A stretch of 64,000 nt of DNA, from positions 1,920,001 to 1,984,000 of the forward strand of contig CBDEUK010000002.1 of NCBI GenBank assembly GCA_965243205.1, in the 5' to 3' direction. This DNA comes from Gammaproteobacteria bacterium. GTDB lineage: Bacteria > Pseudomonadota > Gammaproteobacteria > Eutrophobiales > Eutrophobiaceae. The notes under the pieces were generated by a model. That model was not told the origin of the DNA. It was given only the letters and a program-made list of their open reading frames with translations, and made no database searches. Both the position numbers and the translations under genes were made by a program. Of the stretch, positions 33,332-41,142 are shown piece after piece (the first letter of the stretch is position 1; each line of letters opens with the position of its first letter).

Positions 33332-34291
33332 TCAATTATCCAAAGGACTGATCACGCCTCTGCCGCCTTTGTTCATTACATGTGTATAAATCATCGTAGT
33401 CTTTACATCTTTATGGCCTAATAAATCCTGAATGGTCCTTATATCATATCCATCTTCTAAAAGATGTGTTGCGAAAGAATGTCTAAGCGTATGACTGGTT
33501 ACAGGTTTTGTAAGGCCAATATTTCGTAATGCATTTTTAATTGCACGTTGAATGGTTTTTTCATCAATATGATGACGACGTATTTTATTACTACGTGGAT
33601 CGATTGAACGTTTGTGCGATGGAAAAACATATTGCCAAGCCAATTCACGGGCAGCATTCGGATATTTTCTCGATAAAGCAAACGGCAAATAAACTTCACC
33701 ATAACCTTCGTTCAAATCAGTATCATGTAATGTCTTAACGTGATGAATTTGTTTGTGGAGTTCTAGCAATAAAATTTCTGGTAAGACTGTTTTTCGATCT
33801 TTTCCTCCTTTACCATCTCGAATATTAATTGAATGATATTCAAAGTCGATGTCCTTGACTCTAAGCCGTATCGCTTCCATTAATCTCATACCTGTGCCAT
33901 ACATTAATCGAGCTATAAGACTATTAATACCCGTTATTTCAGATAATAATAAATTCACTTCAGGCTTGGTTAACACCACTGGTAGTCGTTTCGGCTTCTT
34001 TGCACGCACAACATCGTTAATCCAATCTATCTCTAATGATAAAACTTCCTTATATAAAAATAATAAAGCAGATAAAGCTTGATTTTGAGTTGAAGCTGAG
34101 ACATTCTTTTCTACAGCTAAATCAGTCAAAAAAGCGGTGACTTCTGGTTCACCCATATCTTTTGGATGTTTTTTATTATGGAAGTATATAAAGCGTTTGA
34201 TCCACTGAAGATAAGCTTCTTCAGTACGAATACTATAATGGCGGACACGGATTGCGTCCCGAACTTGATCCAACAATTTAGGTTGCTTCAT
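33332..34291 (-). CDS. intI: Integron integrase (tyrosine recombinase)
   Basis: RHYSIRTEEAY, ASTQNQAL, YGTGMR, GKGGKDR, IntI-specific insert VYLPFALSRKYPNAARELAWQYVFPS, HTLRHSFATHLL, LLGH, TMIYTHV; GGAGG SD. Confidence 0.98.
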   Translation of the reverse strand: MKQPKLLDQVRDAIRVRHYSIRTEEAYLQWIKRFIYFHNKKHPKDMGEPEVTAFLTDLAVEKNVSASTQNQALSALLFLYKEVLSLEIDWINDVVRAKKPKRLPVVLTKPEVNLLLSEITGINSLIARLMYGTGMRLMEAIRLRVKDIDFEYHSINIRDGKGGKDRKTVLPEILLLELHKQIHHVKTLHDTDLNEGYGEVYLPFALSRKYPNAARELAWQYVFPSHKRSIDPRSNKIRRHHIDEKTIQRAIKNALRNIGLTKPVTSHTLRHSFATHLLEDGYDIRTIQDLLGHKDVKTTMIYTHVMNKGGRGVISPLDN

Positions 34292-34337
34292 ATCATCCTC
34301 CCTGCGATGTTTAAAAATCCATTTAGGTCTTGTTTTT

Positions 34338-34387
34338 TTGACCTAAACTATTGTTTTTATTATACCCCAGTTTTTTATACACCCCAA
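34338..34387. promoter_or_regulatory. Candidate overlapping Pint (minus strand) and Pc (plus strand) promoters
   Basis: Minus strand: TTGGGG (34382-34387)-N17-TATAAT (34359-34364). Plus strand: TTGACC (34338-34343)-N17-TATACC (34361-34366). Confidence 0.4.
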
Positions 34388-34412
34388 AAGTCGTTTTTTA
34401 ATCCGACAATTA

Positions 34413-34434
34413 GGGTGTCTAGTTATAGTTAGAG
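34413..34434 (+). other. attI site; crossover G^TT at 34428/34429
   Basis: GTTAGAGAGATT (34428-34439) is the exact reverse complement of AATCTCTCTAAC at the end of cassette 1 (34808-34819), as expected for an integrated cassette circle. Confidence 0.85.
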
Positions 34435-34441
34435 AGATTAA

Positions 34442-34855
34442 ATGAAAAAACTACTTTTAATATTTCTCTTGTTATCAGGCTGCACTTCCTTTCATGCTCA
34501 AGTTCAAAATAAAAATACCCTTTATAACTTGAGTGAATCTGAAGCATTTTCATTGATGGAAACAGTTATAAATAATTCTGTTCTAAATGGAGAGTTTGAT
34601 AAATATAGTGAATTTGCAGAAATATTTTCTGTATTTATTGGTGATGTAAAAGGCGTATATAGTTTTGAAAAACGTAATGAGGGAATTGAAATCACTTTTA
34701 GTATTATTGGTGAAAATGTGCCGGTTTGGGAATCAGCGAATTTTGATAAATTTAATGATTTATATTTGAAATTGCATGAAATGTTCAAACAAAAATCAGA
34801 AGAGAAAAATCTCTCTAACAAATTATTCCAGCCGACCGCTTACGCGGCCGGCTGA
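34442..34855 (+). CDS. Cassette 1: hypothetical lipoprotein
   Basis: Lipobox LSGC; the stop codon lies inside attC1. Confidence 0.8.
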   Translation: MKKLLLIFLLLSGCTSFHAQVQNKNTLYNLSESEAFSLMETVINNSVLNGEFDKYSEFAEIFSVFIGDVKGVYSFEKRNEGIEITFSIIGENVPVWESANFDKFNDLYLKLHEMFKQKSEEKNLSNKLFQPTAYAAG

Positions 34856-34870
34856 ATTCAAACGTTATGT
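34813..34870 (+). repeat. attC1 (58 bp, family A)
   Basis: CTCTAAC-AAATT-ATTCCAGCCGACCGC-TTAC-GCGGCCGGCTGAAT-TCAAAC-GTTATGT. Confidence 0.93.
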
Positions 34871-34890
34871 TTTATTAAAGGATCCTATAA

Positions 34891-35478
34891 ATGAATAAAC
34901 TTGGTTTTGTATTATTGTTTTCTATATTTCTTATCTCTTGTGGAACTGCTCCGGAAAAGCAATATTCTAATTCTGTTGCAAACTCTTCAAACCCTGCTCT
35001 AACTAGCAAAGAGGCCATTGATAAATCGAAACATATAGAAATAAAAGAAAAAGAAATAATAAGAGCTGAAATTAGACTAGAAGATCCAACAATTCAATAT
35101 GGTGGGATTATATCTAATTATAAAATATTTAAAATTAATGCTAAACAAAATAAAAAATATACTATTGAGTTAAGGACATTATGTAGTTGTTTTAGCTGGA
35201 CCAAACATATTCTTTTTCCTGTAGCTTATTTAATGGATTCAAACGGCAATACAATTAATAGCAAACCAATAAAATTCGAAAAAGGATCTGAAGGGCTTAC
35301 ATTACCTGCTAATTTACATCTAATTTTCGAAGGTAGATTTCCTGAAAACGATACCTATTATTTTATGATTGCCGCTGACAATAGCAATATTGGAGAACCT
35401 ATTATTACTTATCAAAATGGCTTCACTATAGATAGCTATCCTACTGGAGACATAATAATTAGTTATAACCATGAATGA
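34891..35478 (+). CDS. Cassette 2: hypothetical lipoprotein
   Basis: Lipobox LISC; AAGGA SD; beta-rich domain with CSC. Confidence 0.8.
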   Translation: MNKLGFVLLFSIFLISCGTAPEKQYSNSVANSSNPALTSKEAIDKSKHIEIKEKEIIRAEIRLEDPTIQYGGIISNYKIFKINAKQNKKYTIELRTLCSCFSWTKHILFPVAYLMDSNGNTINSKPIKFEKGSEGLTLPANLHLIFEGRFPENDTYYFMIAADNSNIGEPIITYQNGFTIDSYPTGDIIISYNHE

Positions 35479-35484
35479 AATAAA

Positions 35485-35547
35485 ACATAACAAATTATTC
35501 AACTGGAACGCGCCTAAGCGGCGCGCCCGTTAATTCCACCGTTATGT
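35485..35547 (+). repeat. attC2 (63 bp, family B)
   Basis: ACATAAC-AAATT-ATTCAAC...GCGCCTAAGCGGCGC...GTTAAT-TCCACC-GTTATGT. Confidence 0.9.
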
Positions 35548-35565
35548 GTATATGGAATATATATT

Positions 35566-35799
35566 ATGAAAATGATAGCGATATTACTTAATTTAATATT
35601 ATTAAGTTTTGTAGGTTATTTAATATATGACAAAGGAATACCAGATGATGAAGAATTTTTTATTTTTTTATTATTTACTGCAACGCCATTTTTTAATTTG
35701 ATAGCTATTTTGACAAGTCATGGTGAAACTTTTTTAAGTTTATACTTAAAAAGAAAAGCTCTAGAGGAAAAGAAAAAAATTGAAAATCTTCAGAGATAA
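35566..35799 (+). CDS. Cassette 3: small 2-TM protein with a basic C-terminal helix
   Basis: 77 aa, two hydrophobic segments, then LYLKRKALEEKKKIE. Confidence 0.75.
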   Translation: MKMIAILLNLILLSFVGYLIYDKGIPDDEEFFIFLLFTATPFFNLIAILTSHGETFLSLYLKRKALEEKKKIENLQR

Positions 35800-35823
35800 A
35801 AAAATCATATTTTCAAAAAAAAC

Positions 35824-35881
35824 ATATAACAAGTCATTCAAGCCAACCGCTTGCGCGGTCGGCTGAATTCAAACGTTAGCT
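35824..35881 (+). repeat. attC3 (58 bp, family A)
   Basis: ATATAAC...ATTCAAGCCAACCGCTTGCGCGGTCGGCTGAATTCAAAC-GTTAGCT. Confidence 0.92.
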
Positions 35882-35888
35882 CTTAATA

Positions 35889-36302
35889 ATGGATATTAAT
35901 AGATTGCATACGAAACGTCAGTTAAACGTTCAAGAACAAAATGCTCTTGAGAAAAGTAGTATTATGGAAGTGGCCAAATCATACTTAGCAAAAGAACTAC
36001 ATACCGCTTGGGTGAGTGATGCGCTGAAATCTAAAGCTATTAATTCTGATCTAGGTATTCTTATAAAAGTTTCATCAACTCCTTGTGGAGGAAATGAACA
36101 ATCTTCATATGCAACATGGCTAACAGTAGATGAACAGTTTTATGAGATTGAGGCAACAACGATATTAGATAGCTATGAATTAGTATCCGTTGATGTTATT
36201 GATAATAGCTCTGAAGTAGTAGAGATAAGTAGCCATCTTCGCGGCAAAGGTAAGAGCTTTGGACAACTTTCGTTAGAGATTCTCAATGAATTATCAAAAT
36301 AG
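35889..36302 (+). CDS. Cassette 4: hypothetical protein
   Basis: 137-aa ORF filling the interval between attC3 and attC4. Confidence 0.75.
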   Translation: MDINRLHTKRQLNVQEQNALEKSSIMEVAKSYLAKELHTAWVSDALKSKAINSDLGILIKVSSTPCGGNEQSSYATWLTVDEQFYEIEATTILDSYELVSVDVIDNSSEVVEISSHLRGKGKSFGQLSLEILNELSK

Positions 36303-36360
36303 AGCTAACAAATCATTCCAGGCGACCGCTAACGCGTCCGGCTGAATTCAAACGTTAGCG
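36303..36360 (+). repeat. attC4 (58 bp, family A)
   Basis: AGCTAAC...ATTCCAGGCGACCGCTAACGCGTCCGGCTGAATTCAAAC-GTTAGCG. Confidence 0.9.
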
Positions 36361-36368
36361 GTAAAAAA

Positions 36369-36713
36369 ATGGAAATATCAGAATTTACAGGTAAACGATA
36401 CGATTTGGCGATTGATCTATTCCAGGAAAGAAAGGATAGTTTGCTATATGAAGGTATTCTTTTCATAAACAAGGGAAACTTAATAGAAGTCAATTCATAT
36501 TCCGATTGGGAGCTGGAAAGAATCACTGAAGCCGTGGCAAAAGAAAAGATTGAAAGGTCAAAGCAAGTAATTCACCAACTATCAGTAAGCAGTAAAGAAT
36601 TCAAAGAAATTGAGTCCGTACTACCTAAAGAGTATGTATTCTGTCATGACTATCATACTGGTGCAGTAATGCTCGCGAGTGAAATAAAAGGTGAATTTAA
36701 ATGGCACCTATAA
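36369..36713 (+). CDS. Cassette 5: hypothetical protein
   Basis: 114-aa ORF between attC4 and attC5. Confidence 0.75.
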   Translation: MEISEFTGKRYDLAIDLFQERKDSLLYEGILFINKGNLIEVNSYSDWELERITEAVAKEKIERSKQVIHQLSVSSKEFKEIESVLPKEYVFCHDYHTGAVMLASEIKGEFKWHL

Positions 36714-36723
36714 ACATAATAAC

Positions 36724-36781
36724 CGCTAACAAGTCATTCCAGCCGACCGCTAGTGCGGCCGGCGGAACTCAAACGTTAGAT
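36724..36781 (+). repeat. attC5 (58 bp, family A)
   Basis: CGCTAAC...ATTCCAGCCGACCGCTAGTGCGGCCGGCGGAACTCAAAC-GTTAGAT. Confidence 0.92.
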
Positions 36782-36786
36782 TTTAT

Positions 36787-37092
36787 ATGTCAGATCTATT
36801 ATTTTTGTATTTTATAGCCTTTATATCTAACATCTATATTGGATATTCTGAGTCAGTGAAAAAAACTGAAGAAATAATAGGTATTTCTCAAGGCATTTTA
36901 ATTGGTTTAATTATTGGTGTTATTTGTTTAGCAATTTTTAAAGTAACAAGTTTTATTTGGGCATTTGCAAAAAAAAATCAAAAGAAATCTATAGGTGCAA
37001 TAATTGGTGTGAGTTATTCCCTTTTTTGCATCTCAGTTATGATTTTTTGTTGTGTTGCCACAGGTAACCTGACAGAGTATTTAATATCATGA
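36787..37092 (+). CDS. Cassette 6: small membrane protein (about 3 TM segments)
   Basis: Hydrophobic 101-aa ORF between attC5 and attC6. Confidence 0.7.
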   Translation: MSDLLFLYFIAFISNIYIGYSESVKKTEEIIGISQGILIGLIIGVICLAIFKVTSFIWAFAKKNQKKSIGAIIGVSYSLFCISVMIFCCVATGNLTEYLIS

Positions 37093-37104
37093 ATTACTCG
37101 AAAA

Positions 37105-37162
37105 ACCTAACAAGTTATTCCAGCCGGCCGCTGTCACAGCCGGCTAAATTCAAACGTTAGTT
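37105..37162 (+). repeat. attC6 (58 bp, family A)
   Basis: ACCTAAC...ATTCCAGCCGGCCGCTGTCACAGCCGGCTAAATTCAAAC-GTTAGTT. Confidence 0.88.
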
Positions 37163-37164
37163 CT

Positions 37165-37524
37165 ATGAAATTATCTGCATATATGGCAATTATATTGGGA
37201 TTGGTGTTGGCATTCCTTGAAGCTGTTAGAAATTGGGGTAATTGGCAGTGGTGGCCATATTGGGTAATCGACTACATTATGGCCGTACTATTAATCAGTG
37301 GTGGCATTCTAGTATTGCTAGGCAAAAAAGCTTCAGGTCGGGTTTTAGCTTGTGCATGGGGAGTATCTTTTGGTGCAGGCTATATGAGTTTTTGGAGCCA
37401 TGTAGAAAATTTTCATAATCCTGCTCATGGAAACATTAGCCAAGCGCCATTGACGTACTTAATTGGGTTTGGTCTTATTTGTTGTATTATTGGTTTTTTA
37501 CTAACCGTATATGGAGAAAACTAA
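37165..37524 (+). CDS. Cassette 7: 4-TM membrane protein
   Basis: 119 aa, four hydrophobic segments, Trp-rich loop WGNWQWWPYW. Confidence 0.78.
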   Translation: MKLSAYMAIILGLVLAFLEAVRNWGNWQWWPYWVIDYIMAVLLISGGILVLLGKKASGRVLACAWGVSFGAGYMSFWSHVENFHNPAHGNISQAPLTYLIGFGLICCIIGFLLTVYGEN

Positions 37525-37527
37525 AAT

Positions 37528-37585
37528 GACTAACGAGTCATTCCAGTCGATCTCTTACATCGGTGACGGAATTCAATCGTTAGTT
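37528..37585 (+). repeat. attC7 (58 bp, family A, drifted)
   Basis: GACTAAC...ATTCCAGTCGATCTCTTACATCGGTGACGGAATTCAATC-GTTAGTT; the inner stem is weakened. Confidence 0.75.
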
Positions 37586-37619
37586 TTATTAATAATAAAT
37601 TAAAAAATAAGGAGACATT

Positions 37620-38135
37620 ATGTATTTCAAAAATATAATAATTTTATCAGTAATATTTTTAGCCAGTGGTTGCGCCGGTCCTGTAGTAATTAATTATGCT
37701 CCTAGCTCTACGATGACAGTAGAGGGGGAATTGAAAGTAGGTGATTTTCGATACATTCCAGCTGAAGAAGAAGGTATTAAACCTAATCAATTAAAAAATA
37801 CTGCTCTAGGTGAAATTATTTTAGAGAAAAATATTGATGAATACATTGAAACAGCTTTGTTTACTGAATCTAGATTCGTTGGCATAAAGCTAACAGATTC
37901 TGCTAAAGTTATTACAGGAGATATTAAAGAATTTTTAGTCGATGACCTTGGTTATAGTATTGATTGGACATTGGATATACGTTACGTGATTAGCGATTGT
38001 TATGATAAATCTCATAAACTTGAGAAAAACACAGATAAATTTTCGAATCCTTTTGGTGCTTTGAATGAAGTGGTTAAACTAAATATTGAAATGTTATTCA
38101 ATGATTTTCAGTTTAAAGAATGTATTAAAAACTAA
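37620..38135 (+). CDS. Cassette 8: hypothetical lipoprotein
   Basis: Lipobox ASGC; AAGGAG SD. Confidence 0.8.
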   Translation: MYFKNIIILSVIFLASGCAGPVVINYAPSSTMTVEGELKVGDFRYIPAEEEGIKPNQLKNTALGEIILEKNIDEYIETALFTESRFVGIKLTDSAKVITGDIKEFLVDDLGYSIDWTLDIRYVISDCYDKSHKLEKNTDKFSNPFGALNEVVKLNIEMLFNDFQFKECIKN

Positions 38136-38192
38136 TAATTCATTTTATCAGGGTGCGCCTAAGCGGCGTGCCCATTAATTCCTTTGTTATCT
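38130..38192 (+). repeat. attC8 (63 bp, family B, degenerate)
   Basis: AACTAAT (AAC changed to AAT)...GTGCGCCTAAGCGGCGTGCCCATTAATTCCTTT-GTTATCT; colinear with attC2. Confidence 0.75.
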
Positions 38193-38206
38193 CTCTTAAA
38201 AGCTAG

Positions 38207-38827
38207 ATGACAAAAACTGTTAAACCACCCAAACAAGACTTGGCAATGTTGCTTGGGAAGATTCGTAATTGTCGCGAATGTGCTTCTGCCTTACCGCACA
38301 AACCTCGCCCCGTTCTAGCTGCTGGAATCGATGCAAAAATTTTAATTATTGGGCAAGCTCCTGGAAAACGCGTTCAAGACTCAGGAGTCGCTTGGAACGA
38401 TGCGAGTGGTGATCGGCTTCGAGAATGGCTCGGTTTGGATTCGAATATATTTTATGATGAATCATTCATTGCGTTGATGCCTATGGGGTTCTGTTACCCA
38501 GGAACTGGAGATTCTGGTGACCTGCCTCCACGACCCGAATGTGCTCCACTATGGCATGAGCCGTTGCTTGAGCTTTTATCTAATGTACGATTGACTTTAT
38601 TAGTTGGAGCTTATGCCCAACGACATTATTTATCTAAAAAAAGTAAGAGAACACTAACTGAGACTGTCGCTGCTTGGAAGGAGTATCGACCAAAATACGT
38701 ACCACTCCCACATCCGAGCCCACGAAATAATATTTGGATGAAAAAGAATCCTTGGTTTGATGATATGGTATTACCATACTTGAAACAGAGGGTTGGACGA
38801 TTGTTGAAGGAGCGTAACGCGACATAA
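38207..38827 (+). CDS. Cassette 9: uracil-DNA glycosylase superfamily protein
   Basis: CREC, IIGQAPG, WNDASGDRLREWLG, FCYPG, PRPEC, LPHPSPRN. Confidence 0.9.
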   Translation: MTKTVKPPKQDLAMLLGKIRNCRECASALPHKPRPVLAAGIDAKILIIGQAPGKRVQDSGVAWNDASGDRLREWLGLDSNIFYDESFIALMPMGFCYPGTGDSGDLPPRPECAPLWHEPLLELLSNVRLTLLVGAYAQRHYLSKKSKRTLTETVAAWKEYRPKYVPLPHPSPRNNIWMKKNPWFDDMVLPYLKQRVGRLLKERNAT

Positions 38828-38869
38828 CAAAGACACTGATTCGTTACTGCTTGAATTCAACTGTAAGGC
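38822..38869 (+). repeat. attC9 remnant (internally deleted)
   Basis: ACATAACAA...GCTTGAATTCAACT-GTAAGGC; only 48 bp, with GTT changed to GTA. Confidence 0.55.
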
Positions 38870-38904
38870 TTATCATTAAATTATTCAACAATTGTGGAAA
38901 TTTT

Positions 38905-39285
38905 ATGATTACTAATGAACAACGACAAATTATTTTAAATGCATTAAGCGATGCGAGTGAGCGTTGGAAGAATGCATTTAATTCAGGCGATGCTTCAGCC
39001 TGCGCATTACAATATGAAGCAAACGCTGTGATGACAGCTAAACCATTTGGGACATTTAATGGTACAGAAGAAATACAGGCATTCTGGCAAAAATTAATTG
39101 ATGATGGCTTTTGCGATGTTGAATATGTAAATCCTGAAATAAAAATTGTTGATGTTAATAGTGCTGTCTTGTCAGCAGAATGGAAAATGAATAAAGCTAA
39201 AGGGGTTATTACTAAAGAATTATGGGTAATGCAGAGTGATGGAACTGCAAAGTTACGCATTGATGAGTTTGAGGCACAAGGTTAG
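38905..39285 (+). CDS. SnoaL/DUF4440 NTF2-like protein
   Basis: WKNAFNSGDA...YEANAVM...GTEEIQAFW...KELWV. ATG 38905 preferred over the track's 38851. Confidence 0.82.
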   Translation: MITNEQRQIILNALSDASERWKNAFNSGDASACALQYEANAVMTAKPFGTFNGTEEIQAFWQKLIDDGFCDVEYVNPEIKIVDVNSAVLSAEWKMNKAKGVITKELWVMQSDGTAKLRIDEFEAQG

Positions 39286-39350
39286 AAATCAAATCCACAA
39301 AACTTAAAAACATTTTATTTGAGCGTTAGGTATTTTAGAGAATAATTTTT

Positions 39351-39728
39351 ATGAATTTACAAAATAACAAAGAAAACGCTATTTCATTCTATAAAATGGC
39401 ATATATGGGTAATCCTGTTGAAGCTGTAAAGCTATACGTTGGTGATGAATATATACAACATAATCCTTTAGTAGGTAATGGCAAGCAGGCATTCATAGAA
39501 TATTTTGAAAAGATGGCAGCGGAGTATCCTGACAAAGAAATAAAATTTGTACGTGCGGTAGCAGAAAATGATTTGGTAGCTTTACATACGCATCAGAAAT
39601 GGCCTGGCGACGAAGAATACGTAACAATAGATTTTTTCAGATTTGATGCAAACGGAAAAATTATTGAACATTGGGATTCAATACAATTAATCCCATCGGA
39701 AACTAAAAATGGCAACACGATGTATTAG
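39351..39728 (+). CDS. SnoaL-like NTF2 family protein
   Basis: YIQHNP, GKQAFIEYF, AENDLVALH, DFFRFD, GKIIEHWD. Confidence 0.88.
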   Translation: MNLQNNKENAISFYKMAYMGNPVEAVKLYVGDEYIQHNPLVGNGKQAFIEYFEKMAAEYPDKEIKFVRAVAENDLVALHTHQKWPGDEEYVTIDFFRFDANGKIIEHWDSIQLIPSETKNGNTMY

Positions 39729-39788
39729 TAAAATACATAATAATTTATTCAATTATTATGTGATGTAGCTAGATAGGAAGTAAGTATA

Positions 39789-40145
39789 ATGAAAATGAAT
39801 TATTTCGTTTTTGGAACAAACGATATGACAAAGGCCGTTAGTTTCTATGACAATATTTTTGATGGCTCTGAAGTAAATAAAATTCATGATGAAGGACGGA
39901 TGACGTTATGGATGGGTGATGGTTTCATGTTTGCTCTTGCTGAGCCGTTTGATGGAAATGATGCAACAGTAGGAAATGGAACGATGATCGGTTTAAACCT
40001 TGATTCTTCATCTGAAGTCGATCGTATTCACAGCAAGGCAATTTCACTAGGTGCAAAAACGGAAGGTGAACCTGGAATGAGATCAGGAAGGTATTCTGCA
40101 TATTTTCGTGATCTTGATGGAAATAAAATTTGTGTATTTCAATGA
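39789..40145 (+). CDS. VOC/glyoxalase family protein
   Basis: GTNDMTKAVSFYD, GNGTMI, GAKTEGEPG, AYFRDLDGNKI. Confidence 0.9.
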   Translation: MKMNYFVFGTNDMTKAVSFYDNIFDGSEVNKIHDEGRMTLWMGDGFMFALAEPFDGNDATVGNGTMIGLNLDSSSEVDRIHSKAISLGAKTEGEPGMRSGRYSAYFRDLDGNKICVFQ

Positions 40146-40238
40146 TCTAACTGAAAGTGTTTTAAGCTTATTATAGTCATTTAACAAATAGCCTATAAAT
40201 CATTTCAGTTAACTAAATTTATACATTAGATTGCATAC

Positions 40239-40640
40239 GTGAAATTATTAAAAAAATTGCATTTTTATTTAGGTATATTACTGATTTTGGTTTTTATACT
40301 TACAGGTCAATACATGCATCACTTTCATTCCCATCTTGAGAACATGTCTGATGGCCCTAGAATGCTATATAGATCTGCACACATATATATTTTCCTCTCT
40401 TCTTTATTAAACATTATGTTTGGTGTTTACTTAATTAAATTTAATCAACACCATAAAATTATAATCCAATACATCACATCCATAATAATATTGATTTCGC
40501 CATTTTTATTATTAATCGGTTTTTTCTTAGAGCCTCAATTATTAGATTTAGAAAGACCCTATAGTAGAATAGGCATCTATAGTCTTTTAATTGCAGCAAT
40601 GTTGCTTATTTATCTAGGGTTTTCTGGAGATAAGAAGTAA
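40239..40640 (+). CDS. Hypothetical 4-TM membrane protein
   Basis: Hydrophobic 133-aa ORF with His-containing helices (LHF, TGQYM, RSAHIY). Confidence 0.72.
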   Translation: MKLLKKLHFYLGILLILVFILTGQYMHHFHSHLENMSDGPRMLYRSAHIYIFLSSLLNIMFGVYLIKFNQHHKIIIQYITSIIILISPFLLLIGFFLEPQLLDLERPYSRIGIYSLLIAAMLLIYLGFSGDKK

Positions 40641-40685
40641 TTTAAAAAAATATCAAACTATCGTATAGCTTAAGGTTTAATTCAT

Positions 40686-41072
40686 ATGATTGTCATTTAC
40701 GGGATCAAAGAAAAACTCAATCCGATAAAAGGAAAATTATCAGATGTTATCCATCATTGTATGAGAAACGTTCTTGGTATGCCTGAAGATAAAAGAGCAC
40801 ATCGTTTTATTCCATTAGAAAAAGAGGATTTTTATTATCCTGTTGGTAGAAGCGATGCTTATACTGTTATCGAAATTAACATGATGTCAGGACGAAAACC
40901 TGAAACACAAAAACAATTAATAAAAACACTATTTCAAGAAATAGAAAAACAACTTTCTATTCAAACTATAGATATAGAAATAACCATTAAAGAACAAGCG
41001 CCTTATCAATGGGGTTTTCGAGGTATGACGGGTGATGAAGCAAACGATCTTAAATATAAAGTGAATGTATGA
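40686..41072 (+). CDS. Tautomerase family protein
   Basis: LGMPEDKRAHRF, RSDAYTVIEI, GRKPETQKQL, WGFRG. Confidence 0.87.
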   Translation: MIVIYGIKEKLNPIKGKLSDVIHHCMRNVLGMPEDKRAHRFIPLEKEDFYYPVGRSDAYTVIEINMMSGRKPETQKQLIKTLFQEIEKQLSIQTIDIEITIKEQAPYQWGFRGMTGDEANDLKYKVNV

Positions 41073-41142
41073 ACATCATATTCATAAACTGATAATTACA
41101 TTGATTTAATTCAAATAGTAAATGCTCTAATGGAGAAATAGT

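Noticed and set aside
34166-34432. 88-aa plus-strand ORF crossing the intI start and attI
   Set aside because: It is antisense to intI, has a non-ATG start and no protein-like features. A translational-coupling role is unsupported.
34813-38192. Recurring 58-63 bp repeats as a possible CRISPR array
   Set aside because: The spacers are whole genes of 300-600 bp, the repeats have attC R/L architecture, intI is adjacent and no cas gene is present.
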